From positions 25,296,001-25,360,000 of the forward strand of contig OZ281495.1 in NCBI GenBank assembly GCA_965637545.1: 64,000 nt of DNA, read 5' to 3'. The DNA comes from Phallusia mammillata. Its lineage: Eukaryota. The notes beneath the pieces are model-generated. The model ran no database searches. It had not been told where the DNA came from and saw only the letters and a program-made list of their open reading frames with translations. Of this stretch, positions 11,412 through 27,439 are shown one piece after another; the stretch's first letter is position 1, and the number at the start of each line of letters is the position of its first letter. The position numbers were made by a program, and so were the translations under genes.

Positions 11412-14400
11412 ATGCAAAATATGTCTCAAAATCACTTCAACACCGAAAGTTCATGGGGTCACGCAAGTCTAGCCCAGACCAAACCAAAGCAAGTAGTATC
11501 TCATTTGACCCTGACGCCACCTCCTGTACCCCCAGCAAGAATACCAAGAACATTTTCAGCTACAGAACTTGGAACAAATACGAGCTTTGATACAGGTTGG
11601 TCATTTGAGACAACCTATGCAGTGAAACAAAAAAGTTGTTGTAAAATTTTGTATTTGTCCGAGTATCTATTTGACTTGGTAATTTCGTAACTGGTTATTT
11701 TAACATAAGATAATAAAAATTCTTGCTTTCCTTTGGACAACGAGACTGTGTACTGAAACTTGGGAATTGCTTCAATCAAGTTGCACTATTTTCAGAGTCG
11801 TTTCCAGTTCATTCTTACTGATCAGTCAAAACACCTCAAAAATCCACGCGCACCAAAGCAAGGAAGATGTCGTGTCGTATCCCATGGAAATGTGTCTCAA
11901 TTGTGATTGTTGTGATGTTGCTGCTGGGGGCGGTCATCTTTTTAGCAGTGTTTTTTGGCAAGACAAACGGTGAAGCAGACGGTGAAGTAGATTGTTCTTC
12001 GGCTGAAAATTTCTCTTCCAGAAATTGCACCATCGGTATGTTTTTACCAAGATGCTATACTATATCTAAATTGAACAACATTGGAAATTGGTGATGGCCT
12101 TCATATGCATAACACTCACAAAACCAATAAATCCATTTTATTAACAACTGGTACGTAAATCTCACAAAAATTCAATACACCGGTAGTAAAGGACTGGTGT
12201 CAGACGAGAAAATGCCACCAATTGGTTAAAACCGATAAAGTTTGGTAACAACTGCTAGCACGAAGCGATTTTGATTTGTTATATTTTTGTCATAGAGTTG
12301 TCGACGTGCCAGGTCGACCCGGTGGTGGGCGGCATCTTAATTTGCGAAGGGTTCTTAGCAAGTGAAGTCGACATTGGGGTCACGTGTCACATCACGTGTG
12401 ATCCAAATTACCAGCTGGTTGGTCCATCGCAACGCAAGTGTTTAGATAATGGAAGCTGGTCGCAATCCGATGCAAGATGTTTGCGTGGTTGGTTGTTATA
12501 ATATTATGAAGCATTATTCGTACACGACCGAAACTCTAAGCTTTTTGTAGAAATTTGTGATAGTGTTGATCAGGGTTTTTTTTAAGGTTTGGTTTGGGTG
12601 ACCGCTAAGTAGTTTTAAGAGACCGCAAGTGTCCGTTTCGGTCCCCCAAAACACCTTAAAAAACACTGGTGTTGATATTAATGGTATCCTACGATTGATC
12701 CCTAAATTGTTTACTGTCATTCGTTTTCGTTGGTCTTACAAATGGTTTATCAGGTGTCAATGCAGTTGGTAACGATAGGTCGTATACTGCATGCAACATG
12801 TTCCAGTTCATTAAAAAACAAATATGTATCTTTGAATTAGGTGTTTGGCCCTGAAAACAAAATATTGAACAATAATTCTTGTTTTGTAGACAGTGGCTCG
12901 ATGCTTTTATTATATTTTGTTTTGTTTGTTAAAGTCAAGCCGAAGTTGGTCAACTCGATACGCCATAAAAAAGATTCCCGCCAAAGTTAACCAAGAAATA
13001 TCCATTTTTTAATCACAATTAGATACATTACACGGATGCTAATTGTGCGTTCTTAGTTTGTCCGGAAAACAATCCTCCATCAGAAGTGGAACTGGTCAGC
13101 TGTACAAGAAACTTGGAGGACTCAGTGTGTAGTGTACGATGCGCTGGACGAAGAGATCCACAGGTAATATTTCGCTTTGCAACTAAAATATTAGGCCATA
13201 CTGCAAACACGCACATTCCTGAACCTTCAACAAATGTGTCGTTCAACTGGTGTTATGTTAAACAAAATACTAGTTGTTGTTTCAAGAACTTGTATTTGCT
13301 GACGTTTCGTCCACCAGAACGGTAGGACTTCTTCAGAGCAATGAGCGAATAATACAGCGGGCACAGAGACGAAAATGTATGGAAACAGCGGGATACGATG
13401 CACAATAATTACATTAGGACAAAGGCTTTCCGTGAAGAGTTGCGTGTGCTACAAAATGACAGAGCGTAACTAATGCACGATATTTGATGGGGAAGTCGGA
13501 CGCAAAATGTCGCGGAAAACTGCGCTGAGGTTTTTGCCATCGTTACGATTTAAAACATTTGAATTAGAATTTATGAGGCAACTTTCGAAGACCAATCTTT
13601 TCGACCAATTCGGTTCTTGTTTCAAAATTTGGGCATCGTTCCAATTAATGCGGTGGTCACATTCCAAGACGTGTTCGCATAAGGCGGACTTGTTGACGTC
13701 CATGTTTTTGACTGCCACTTTGTGTTCCTTGAGGCGCGAATTTAGATTTCGCTTAGTTTGGCCAATGTATACCATATCACAATCACGACAAGGGACCTGA
13801 TAAACAACTCCTGTACGATGTTGAATATGCAACCTGGTGGACGAAACACCTGTTCAGTATTCCTGAAAAAGAAAAGACGCGAGAAATTTTGTATTGAGTA
13901 ATCTATTACTTCTGCTTTTTTCAAAAGCATTTGATGTAAATAATGTAATTCAAAAGTGATAAATACATTTAAATATATTAAACGATATAACCAACATAAT
14001 GCTTAATCTACAAATTACGGTTTGAAGGGGCCAACGGTGCGCATATGTCAATCCAATGGCCAATGGAACAACCCTTATCCAACATGCAGCTGTCAAACTT
14101 AAGTTACAATTGCTACTACGGCTTGCAATGTGATCAGCAGTTGTTATACAGCAGCCTTGCTGACCGGCTTGAGTCCCTAACTGGCGATAAAGAACCTATT
14201 CACGTAAGGCATGCTACTGTAGCCAATGATACAGAAAATAGCTTACTTTGCCATTTTTTGGTGCAAAACTATCATTAAGTGGATAGAAAATACACAATAT
14301 GTTTAGTTTTGATTTTTGTGGTCATTTCATCATGTCAAAATTTGAGTTTAAATTTATAAAACCTTTGATTTGTCTAATTAAAAGGGTTATGTTCCGTAAC

Positions 14401-14837
14401 TGTTAAAAAGCCCAATACGAAAACCAGCTTTGCACAGAGTAAGACTTTTAACTGACGATTGTAAAAAAAACAATCAAATATAATTAGCATCTGTAATCGT
14501 TCTTTATTGAATCATCATGAATTGTTGTCGATCCTATCATTTTTTGCTCCTCCTATGTGTTTTTTACTGTTTTATAATGTGTATCATACACTTGTTTTTG
14601 CGGCAGCTTGCATATGGAGAACGATCAATCACGTGTGAAAGTGACGTTGATGTTTGGTTTATCAACTACGATTGTACTTGCCGGGACTCAACCAGCCTCT
14701 GGGACGGAACTTGCAACAATTATTTGAATCGTAGAGATGCCTGTCGCCATGCAGTGTCCATTTTGTTGCGTTATTATGTTTCTACTGGTTTTTACGAAGA
14801 ACCATGTGATCTTGCACAGTCTCACGCAGAATGTTGA
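11412..14837 (+). CDS. Predicted type II membrane protein: Pro-rich cytoplasmic N-terminus, TM helix, two sushi/CCP-like domains, Cys-rich C-terminus
   Basis: Predicted exons 11406-11595, 11826-12035, 12296-about 12487, 13057-13163 and 14607-14837 splice in frame. Basic stretch followed by VSIVIVVMLLLGAVIFLAVFF; sushi motif CHITCDPNYQLVGPSQRKCLDNGSWSQSDARC; second CCP-like unit ending SITCESDVDVW...C. Confidence 0.65.
13224..13858 (-). mobile_element. 5'-truncated Penelope-like element (GIY-YIG endonuclease + pLTR with hammerhead)
   Basis: ORF 13832-13470 contains GVVYQVPCRDCDMVYIGQTKRNLNSRLKEH (GIY-YIG). Short inverted termini TTTCGTCCACCAG / CTGGTGGACGAAA. A 9-bp direct repeat ATTCCTGAA flanks it (13215-13223 and 13859-13867). 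Confidence 0.88.
13298..13339 (-). ncRNA. Minimal type I hammerhead ribozyme (family A)
   Basis: Minus strand reads GCT-CTGAAGA-A-GTCC-taccgttctggt-GGAC-GAAA-C-GTC-AGC: intact core, stem II GTCC/GGAC, GUC cleavage triplet, stem I GCT/AGC. Confidence 0.85.
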
Positions 14838-15254
14838 CAAATTCGGAAATGTGTCTGAATGAATGTATAGAGTGCTGTTGTATATAGCCTATTTTAAAAC
14901 AAAAAACAAGCTACTAACACAACAGATGCAATTCTAATATGCACCACTCGATCTGATCCGAAATAAATATTAGCCTATATTTCAAAGTTACCTGTGTGGT
15001 TGGGAGGTGTGTTTATTTTTGATAAATGGTTGGGGTAATACTACAGGCAAAAACATCAGTTATTCGGTCGATAACTTATTCAAACAGTTGACTATCCCTA
15101 GTCTTGGGTCTAGTAGTGGATGGAAAGGATATTCGCATTCAACCTTACGTTTTGCAGGAAATCGACTCAAAATTAATGGAATTGTTCAGGATGGTGAAGC
15201 GGTCGACAAAAGATTCTGGCATTACAATATTGTTTTAGATCACCATCCATAGCT

Positions 15255-15345
15255 CCTTCGATAGCTCAGTTGGTAGAGCGGTGGACTGTAGTGGTGTTAA
15301 GCCTCAGAAATCCATAGGTCACTGGTTCGACTCCGGTTCGAAGGA
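15255..15345 (+). tRNA. tRNA-Tyr: tRNA-Tyr(GTA) with 18-nt intron (15292-15309)
   Basis: CCTTCGATAGCTCAGTTGGTAGAGCGGTGGACTGTAG-[intron]-ATCCATAGGTCACTGGTTCGACTCCGGTTCGAAGGA, followed by a T-run terminator. Nearly identical to metazoan tRNA-Tyr. Confidence 0.97.
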
Positions 15346-16226
15346 TTGTTTTTTATTGTTTACCACCAACTAGATTTGAAGCTGCAACGTGACGTTCTAT
15401 TTACATTCTTAATTACACCAAATTTCTGAGTTTTATCTTTTATCAAGTAAACATTTAAACAAATTTTGGCAATATTTTAAAAATCATCCAATAATCAAGT
15501 TAAAAATGAAACGCACGCGACACGCGTCATGTAACAAAAATACGTCACACGCGACGTGTTTGCAAAAATCCTGTTGTATTTGTAATGAAATTTTTATTTA
15601 TTTCTCGAGAATCGAGACTCGATTTTTTCGAGATTTCTCGAGAATTTCTCGAGAAGGAACTCTAGTAATGTTGTTGTTTTGTTGTTTAGTTTTATACTAA
15701 AATTGTTGTTCATTGTGTTGACTGTTGTATGATTATATCCATGATAACACGTAGCATAGTCTATCCTGTTTCTTACCCACACAAAATAAATTTACAGTGT
15801 CTGTTTTGCTTTTTAAAGGCAAAGTTTGTAATTTCTGTTGACGTTTTTTGAAATTTACTTCATGCATTCTGTTATGATTGTTTGCTCAACTTGTTAGTTT
15901 GAGGTTTAAAACAGGTAACACTAATTTACGGAATAATGAATGTTCGGAATGCTCATTAATTTACAGAATGATGGGAATGAATAGGGCCAAAACTAATGTA
16001 ATGAATGGTCGGAACAGAATAAACTGTGAGAATAGAATTCCGACCATTCATCATTACACAAACTAGTGTTACCCCTTTAAAACAGAATGCAAAGTTCATG
16101 TTGTTTACGTTTTCAGGTTGTTGCATCCATGGAGTAATGTATACAAGCTAAATTGATTGGTGTAGGAAATAAACCTTTTTTTTAACTTGCTTGGCAGTTG
16201 GCATATTTTAGTTGCCAATAGGCAAT

Positions 16227-19046
<2,820 letters not shown>

Positions 19047-19346
19047 GAATAATTACCTTTCAACCATATCTCTCCACTGATTTTATTTGTATCTGTGCTT
19101 ACTTTTATAGATGTATTTGTTTGTTATAACAGCACAAAATACAGAATTGCGCATATTGCCTATCTGGTCAAGTCAGCTTAAAAATACAAAACAGTCTATG
19201 TTCCATTAGGCAAAGGGTCTGCGAATACAGAAAATGTAATAATCAGGCACTGACAAATATAACACATTGCATCTTTATCAGTGGTTAAAAATAAAAAGAA
19301 CACTTTGGGGCTTGGCCTAGATTGCAATCTTGCTGGTTTGTTAGGT

Positions 19347-22300
19347 TTATATAGTGACTGAAGTTCCTATTACACCATCAAGTGTTATTTTGTCCGATGA
19401 AGGCACTGTTCCATCACTTTTGATTTCCCCTTCGAACATTTTCTGCAGCAGTACTTCTATGTTTTTGTGGCCTGAATGGAAAAAAAATACATTTAAAAAT
19501 ATAAAACCTAGTGAAGCATTATCCTCGCACCTTCATTGATTCTGAACTTGATTTTTGATCCATTATCATGCGCTGGATTTCTCTTCCCTGAGTAAGATGC
19601 TTCTCCAGAATCAGTTTCATCAATGAGCATATTTTTATCAGTGATAGTGCTGCTCATGTTTCTGGGCAACGGTGTAGTTTTAGTAAATGAATAAAACACA
19701 TCAGAAAAACATATTTGTCTCTACCATAATGCAATTCTTTAAATTTTTTAACAGTATTACATGTGCTTTCTTATGTAACCTACTCGTTAGCATCAAGACC
19801 AAGTTCATGGATTGTTTTTTCCACTTGACTTTCAATTTCTGTTTTGCAAAGTCCATACTCGAGAATGAAAGCTTCCAGTACAAAGGCTACAATTATGCTA
19901 AACAATAATAAAACAGTCAAAAACATAGGTGACGAAAAATCTCACTATATCAGATAAAAGTAAAAATTGTTTTTTAACAGTAAAAAACATTGGCTGATTT
20001 TAATGAAACTGTGATGCTTCTGTACAGTATCTTTAATTTTAGTTATTTTATTCTGAACTAACATGTATTTTATCTAACTTACTTCATGATGAGAATCACC
20101 ACAATCATATGAAACATCATGAAGTACAGTCTTGCTGCCTTACTGGTGACAAGAGTGTATCCCAAAGTGATAAGTGCACTGCCATAAGGAAGAATAAATT
20201 GCATACCGAACATATTTAATCACTAAACTAAAATTCAGGCATAAACGTAAAAAAACACACAAAAAGGATATTGTGCCACTGGTTGACCACTGTTAAAATC
20301 ACTAGTGTTACAAATGAGTGAAGAATGTCATTGAAATTATTGTTGCAGTATCCCATTCTATGAAATTCTGATTCATTTAGCACTTCATTGCCACAATACA
20401 ATTCATCAGGTTCTGTTGGATTTGGGAAAAACTTAATTTTGTCTTGGAAGGCTTCCATACCCACAATTGCAAATGCATAGTAGAGCATCTGAAAAAATAA
20501 CTCCTGAGATAAAATACCAAGCAAAATATTTGAAGTAAATTTGACTTTGGCCAAACCGCAAAAGATACTATACCTGTCCATTAATACAACAGACTTAGAT
20601 TGTGCCCCCGATATAGGAAGCTATTGCAGAACTGATACAGAGAACAGCATGTACACTTTCGGATTAAAACTTACCAGCAGTACAACTCCATATGTAAGAA
20701 GGGAAGGCATGATGTTCACTATAGTCATAATGATGATTCTGAAACCTTCTATGTTTCCAGCAATTCTTACCAATCTCAAGCACCTGAGTACCATAATAAA
20801 ATCCAAAACTTCCCTTGGAAATGAGTTCACTGCACAATTTGAAACAAAAATATATAAATTTGTGAAAAAACGTTAACTGTTTTTGGTGCAGTTTGACATA
20901 AATAGTACAGTATCTTTATAAATTTATTATAACGAAAAGTGTCTTACATTCATTTAGGCTTGCTTCTATGATGGTTGCAATGAAAGCTGCCATGATAATG
21001 GTAAAATCAAACCTACAAATAAAAAAGAAAAAAGTAATAATATAGAGCAATTTTTTGAACAACATCAGCAATTGCTTACCAGTTCCACAATCTATGAAAA
21101 CTAAAATACTCGCGAGGGCCATAGACATAAATTTTCAGTAAAATCTCCAAAATGAACATAGATAAAAAGAACCATTCTGTGTCTTCCGCATTTACACCAA
21201 TGCATACAGCATTAGCAATAATCAAAAGATCAAATGCCCATACAAACGCCCTGTTAAAAAATAACAATTAAAAAAGGTTTTTGTTATTCCAACCCAAGTA
21301 TACCTGTGTTTGACACATCTCTGGATAAAACGACTTGGTTTTGACTGGTATAAGTCAGGCACCATTTGCACAAACCAGTTGACACCAGTTGCATCTTCAA
21401 CCACATACACATTGAGCAAGTTTGCCACCTGCAAAAACTGATCTTTTTCGATTCCATTCTTTCTGGTGTCATCTTCGTTCATTCTGTTGTTCAGAACCTC
21501 CCAATAAAGGTTGATCTGAAATGCAAAACATGCCAAAAAAGTCAACAAAACATATAAAGCAGTGCACAAGGTTTTTTAAGATTGTTAAGGGTGTAGCTAA
21601 ATTCATTTTTTGCACACTCAGGGTTACAAACTAATAAATAAAACCTAAAATCTAATGTTCTATTATGCGATGTTTCATTATGTGATGTTTTATTTCATTA
21701 TATGTTTGGGCGATACTTCCCAATCAAACCTTAATATATGATGGTGGTGAAGATAAGTTGTGCATAACATCCATCCATGCTTGATAGGACACAAATGGCT
21801 TTCCACCTTCTAGTTCTTCCTTTAGTATTTCAAATGCAAGTTCCAGTCTATTTCTTTTCCATAAAACAGCTCCCCTGATTTCAGTCTTTAAAAGCAAATG
21901 TTTAAATAAATGTATGAAATAAGATCAAAAATCTATCTAGTCCTACTTAAAAGCATGAAAAAAGCTGTAATAACGATTCACAAATATAAATGTAATCAAC
22001 ATTCAACTTATGTCCACAAACAAACTGATCTTTAAGAAACAAGATTATTTAAAGTTAAAGCATCTAAGATTAATTGTAACAATACCTGCAAATGTGTTCT
22101 GTAACTATTGTAAATTACAGCCAGAAACAAGTTCATAAAAATGTAGGTGTTGATCACTATGTACACAATAAAAAACAGGGAAAACCAACCACTGTAATCA
22201 TATGCAGGCATCCTAAAAAATAAAAAAGGTAGTTGTCATGTCCATGCTCACATAGACACACTCTTTCGAAAGCACTTACATCACATCAGGACTATTTGCA

Positions 22301-24566
22301 GTTGTAACCAACACATACAGGTCAAAGAATGAATCCCAATAGTTAGTAAAATATTCATCACCACTTCTGTACATTAAGCCTCTAAACTCAAACAGTTTGA
22401 AGGCAAGAAGTGTAAAAAGTGCAATACTTGACAAAAACAGAATTAAAACATTCAAAATTTCAGGCACTGTATTGCGGATATTTCGAAAGGCTCTTCTAAC
22501 CTATAAATATAAATGAAGTTAATTTAAAAAAATTAGAGCATGTGTTAACGAATAGATTTACCTGCCGACTTTCATTCATGTTGATCATAAAAAGTGGTCT
22601 TAAACATCTTGATATTCTAATCCCTTTGTTGCTGGTGCTCATTGTGATAACATAGACAATCATGTCAATTAACGTAATCTGAATACAAAATGAAAGTTAA
22701 ATCTGAGTACAAAATGAAATTGTTTTTCAAACACAGCAATGTATCAAAAGATTATTTCAAAAGATTACCACAATTGTGAGGGCAATAACAATATTTTTCG
22801 GATCTGTTATAAGTGTCCGCCTTGGAACAAAACATGACAACTGGAACAGGCGAAATATAATTACTGCCAAGCAGAAAATCTCCATTATCATGGTTCCCTA
22901 GAAATATAAATAAAATTTTGTTTAAAACGTGTTTTTAGATTCATTTTGCATTAAATGCACAAGAAGAAACAGTTCGTTTAATTCCAAATTCATATTTCAA
23001 TACGAACACACACATCAAAGTGACTTTAATAACTTAAAAAACAGCACACAATGAAATACTTATTACTTACCCAGTATGGAATGTAGCATCCAGGAACCTC
23101 TGGTTTTTCAAAAAGTGCAAGAAACAAAAGCAACCACATGAATAATACTGTACCAAACTGTAGCACAGGACGACTGTACGTTCTGTAACTGAGTAGTGAT
23201 GCATCATCAGTGTTGTATTCCAACGTTCGACCAAGTATTGCATCTTCAATGCAAGTTGCACCAAGCAGAATATTCTGTCGGATACAAAGCGAAAAATTAA
23301 ATTGTTTACTAAACGCGAAACGTAGACGCGACAAATTTTGCTATATTTTTACAATGTAGCCCCTAATTTGAAAAAGGTTGTTGATTTTCAAATTACCACG
23401 TGGATATGTTTGTTTACATTTTACGCTTGGGTGACTTCAGCTGATAATTTGTTGAAACAAAAACGCACAACCCTAATCCGGACCTTGAGCAGAATTACAA
23501 AGGAAGCAACTAAATATTATTACCGTAATTGCCAGCAACTGTTTACAATGACTTTTCGCAAAATGTTTAGTAATATTTGGATTGTATGTCACATTACACG
23601 AGTTTGTCCGTTAATTAAACGCAGTAACATTTATTTTTTGGAATTGCTAAAAAAAATCATTTAAGAAACTGTTTTGATGCACGTCTGTTGAAATGGTCAG
23701 TCGTGATACCAGGTATTAATAATCGCGAACAAAACGGAACCAAGGGTATTTTATAGTAGATGTAAAGATAGATGTTAAAATGGTTTTGTATCATTCTGGC
23801 TGCAGCCCAAAATCTCTATAATTCATTCTACCAGCAATATTTAGGCTACTGCTAATTGTGTTTCAAAATATTTGATATAATGGTCATTCGACCTAACCCC
23901 TATCTTGGAACGCTACTTCGACGCTGAAATATTTTTTTACCGTTATAGCCTACAACATATATTAGGTTACCATACGTCCTCTTTTTGAAGGATATGTCCT
24001 CCCTTTTAACAAAAACTAAATTGTCCCCGGGGACAAGAAAAAGTACGTTATGCCTTTGAAAACAGACAAATATACATCTTCAGCTTATTTTTTACACATT
24101 TTTATAATACAAGCTTATTTTAGTGTTGTGATAAACGTTTAACTTTATTCAAACTATAATGTAGGCTATACCGTCTAACTTCTGACGCTTTTTTGGGGGG
24201 CCCTTATAGTATATGTTCTTTTCAACAATGTGTCCTCCTTTTTGGGGATGGAAATATGGTAGGCCTAACATATATTACTTGGTGGTCAGACTCACGTACC
24301 TTTGACTTTTCTTCATGATATCTTGTTTCGGGAAACGATTTGCTTTTACCTCCCCCATCACCGGGTATTTCGCTTCCGTCGCCGGGAACTCTTTCGCTAA
24401 AGCCTGGAGTAGGCTCTGGTTGGGCCAAGTTAATAAAAACATTCACATTTTCCTGGTCAACTGTGTGGTTTGCAAGCGGTTTTACTGCTTTCTTTTTGTC
24501 CGCCAACTCTGCCTCTTCGACAAAATGTCCTTCAAGCGACACTGGCAACTCTTTGCCCTCAGCCAT
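19347..24566 (-). CDS. TPCN3: Two-pore channel, TPC3-like, multi-exon
   Basis: Exon 1 (24566-24300, MAEGKE...EKSK) splices in phase 0 to NILLGATCIEDAILGR (from 23274). Later motifs: PEILNVLILF, YFTNYWDSFFDLYVLVTTANSPDVM (pore I), VLRCLRLVRI (IIS4), FNDILHSFVTLVILTVVNQWH (pore II), AFVLEAFILEY and EVLLQKMFEGEI; stop at 19349-19347. The TPC family is secure; the TPC3 subtype is from recalled motif similarity. Confidence 0.85.
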
Positions 24567-25587
24567 TATAATGTATAAACCTAATTGTAGAAACCCTATC
24601 CGTTCGCCGACACTGGGCAGAAATGCATTACACAATGCAATGGCGACGTCGCGTTGGCGCGGGGCAAATAAACTGCAGTTGAATGATTGACAAAATCGCA
24701 TCGCCGCTTGTTTACAAAAATCATTTACTGCAAGGGGTTTAATTGATGCTTCGGTTACCACCACCATCGTTAAAATATAAGAGTTGTTGTATGTGGGTAA
24801 AGCTATTTTCACCTCAAAATCTGTTTTTGAACGACGTACTCTGCGACGAATTGCTACAGATGCAATGCGCAAATCAACAATATTACTTAAGACTCAATGT
24901 GTGGGATTTGGTTTTAATAAAATAAATATATGATGAGCAAAAATATGCAAAATGACTTCTATGTACGAGACGCAGGTAAAAACTTAGCCAGCATTCAGTT
25001 TTTGATCAATCTTGCAGTCTCTCTTATGTAGGATTATGTATTAAAATCTTGCAGCTGGTTGCAAAAATTACCAAAAAATGACATTAGCACTTATTACTTT
25101 CTTTACATTGCAAAGCACATAGATTGATAAAACGGACAGAAATTTTTGTCGTATACGAATCTCAAACAATTTTGTTTGATAGAACTGCGATGATCTTGTG
25201 GTACGGACGGTGACATAATTTAACCACTGAAGGGCGACAAAGAATACTATAGCTGTATAACAGTGATTATCATTATTCTAACCATAATTAAATAGGAATA
25301 ATCGAAGTTTGAGCATGAAAAGAATATGTGCAAACCGAAATTAACAGGTAGATAAAAAATTTTGCTTAAACAACTGAGCGACAAAGAATATAGTTCCTGG
25401 AAATCGATATAAAAATGAGTGGTAAAATAAACACGCTAAAATAAATAAAACCAGTAAAACAGGAAAACAATAAAACAAGGGATTGATGTTACTAACTGAC
25501 AAAGCTTCCTCAACCTAGCTTGGTCACTCGTTTTTAAAGATAAACAGTCTTTTGACTATGTCACATTGTTGCCTCACAACCTAAAGC

Positions 25588-25680
25588 AATGGTTCTCAAC
25601 TTTTCGTGGACCGTGGCCCCCTGAAAGTAATTTTGGACCTCGTGGCCCCTTCAAGTAACCCTGTAGAACCTGTGACACCC
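25588..25680 (+). mobile_element. Fragment of a Charlie/hAT-like element end
   Basis: CAATGGTTCTCAAC terminus followed by GGACCgTGGCCCC repeats. A complementary-type end (GTTTGAGAACCACTG) occurs at about 31774-31788. Confidence 0.4.
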
Positions 25681-25939
25681 TTAAAAAATGTAAATGGCAA
25701 TCTCATGTTGGAAAAACAGGTCGAATAGAACAAACAAGAATCCGTAATCGTAAAAACCCTCAATATAGACAAATAGTATGTAAAATAGTCGATTAAATTA
25801 GGGAATAAAGTTAAAAAGGAAATGGATTTTAGTGGATGTTTCTGGTGAATCCTTTTCAGGCCAAACAAAGAACAACTGGATGCAGAAACATGCATTTACG
25901 TTGACCTTGCTGAAGCGAAATTACGCAGCTTAGACAAAA

Positions 25940-26130
25940 GAGCTTGTAAAGACTGCCATACAAGAAAAAACCTAATGCTGGCCCAACCCAAAGCCCTGCA
26001 AGAGTTAAGAAATCTAGTTAACAAACAAGATATAGTAATATGCAAAACTGACAAAGATGGCAAAATTGTGTTACTGGACTTTAAAGACTATGAGTACGCG
26101 ATAAAAAAAATATTTGGAAAAGTTTGATAT
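25940..26130 (+). mobile_element. Degenerate Penelope-like reverse transcriptase N-terminal fragment
   Basis: Reads RKNLMLAQPKALQELRNLVNKQDIVICKTDKDGKIVLLDFKDY, resembling the PLE RT N-terminal NL..E..AL..L....DIVI..ADKG..VV.D...Y motif; ends in a stop. Confidence 0.6.
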
Positions 26131-26674
26131 CCTGCCAATCGATGATACCACTTTTATACAACAGTGTGGTGCAACTAGAGAAACCTGCGAATGTTGTGCA
26201 AAAAATAACTCTACATTGAAGCTATTGCAGTGAGATACTGTCAATCAGGAATCAGCGAATACTGTCGGGGCAGCACGCAATATATGGATGCCGTGAAAAA
26301 GTGGAAAGAAGCAAACTTAAACAGAGCTGAACACAAGGACGTCGCATTATCATAACGGCTGCAGACGTCGTTGCATTGTACCAAAGCCTCCCGAGGATCA
26401 AAGATGCAGTTTTCGAAGCGCCAAAAAAAATCTAGTTACGAGCAACATCAAATTTGCCAAAACCTGGACCTGGGACATCACAACGGCAACAAAGTCAAAA
26501 AAGAACAACAGCATAAGACTTGTCTGGTCAACTGTAAAAAAATACAAAGCAGCTTTATTGCGACATTAAGCCAGGAACCACATTAATATTTTGAAAAGGA
26601 AACCTGACATCGCCACATGTTTCGGTATCATCTTTGTTGAAAGCCCTAGAAAAGAAAATTTAGACATGCGCGAG

Positions 26675-27114
26675 CAGAGTTGCAAGTCGGGCCGGGCTTT
26701 TCGGGCCGGGTTCGGGTTCGGGCCGGGTTCGGGCCGGGTTCGGGCTTAGGTATTTGTGAGAAAACGGGCTTAAAACGGGCCTGACTTTACGTTCCGTGTC
26801 CGCCATCGTTTTTAAATAAAATCACTCAGCTAAGTAACAATTCTCTGGCTTTGACCCAATGCCCACCCTCCTCTAAAACGTATTGTTTACCCCATTGTCT
26901 ACTATTGTTCATTGTGTTTGTTGTCTTTCTCTTTTTTCTATCTCATCCTTTGTTGCAAGGCTTTCGTGGATAGGCCTGTCAATCAAAATTTCGGGCCTAA
27001 ACGGGCTTTGCAAAAACGTTTCGGGTTCGGGCCGGGCTTCGGGCTTATACTTTCGGGTTCGGGCCGGGTTCGGGCCGGGTTCGGGCTCAGATTTCGGGCC
27101 CGCTTGCAACTCTG
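26675..27114. mobile_element. hAT-type MITE with internal (TTC)GGGCCGGG repeats
   Basis: 12-bp TIR CAGAGTTGCAAG / CTTGCAACTCTG; perfect 8-bp TSD TGCGCGAG (26667-26674 and 27115-27122). A related remnant is at about 40215-40282. Confidence 0.92.
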
Positions 27115-27439
27115 TGCGCGAGGCCAAATGGCAAAAAATATTGGACGCCAAAATAAATATTTAAGAAATGGTCCTGCTTCGAGTACGTTAAAAATTTCAT
27201 CGGCACCCACCGCTATTGGTATATCCCTGCATACGCGTGCCTGTCCCACTTTTTACGTCTTATCTTTAATTTTTCTCCCTCGATTCGGTGCCCAGAGTTG
27301 CGCTTGTTTTGTTCGGGTTTTGACTTACAGGTTGGTTCAACAAGCTTTGTCAGTTAGTTACAGCAATCCCTTTTTTATTGTTAAACTGTTTTGCTGCTTT
27401 TATTTATTTTAGCGTGTTTGTTTTAGCACTCATTTTTAT

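Noticed and set aside
15075-15090. SL-like sequence (minus CAACTGTTTGAATAAG)
   Set aside because: Only 12/16 match in AT-rich DNA, with no HHR or GT donor after it; compatible with chance.
24567-24872. Upstream extension of the 216-aa ORF 24872-24222 as a separate gene
   Set aside because: Its coding-like part is TPC exon 1 (24566-24300); the rest is probably 5' UTR/promoter and read-through into the intron.
26883-27412. Overlapping ORFs of 80-166 aa
   Set aside because: They arise from the GC-rich repeats of the hAT MITE.
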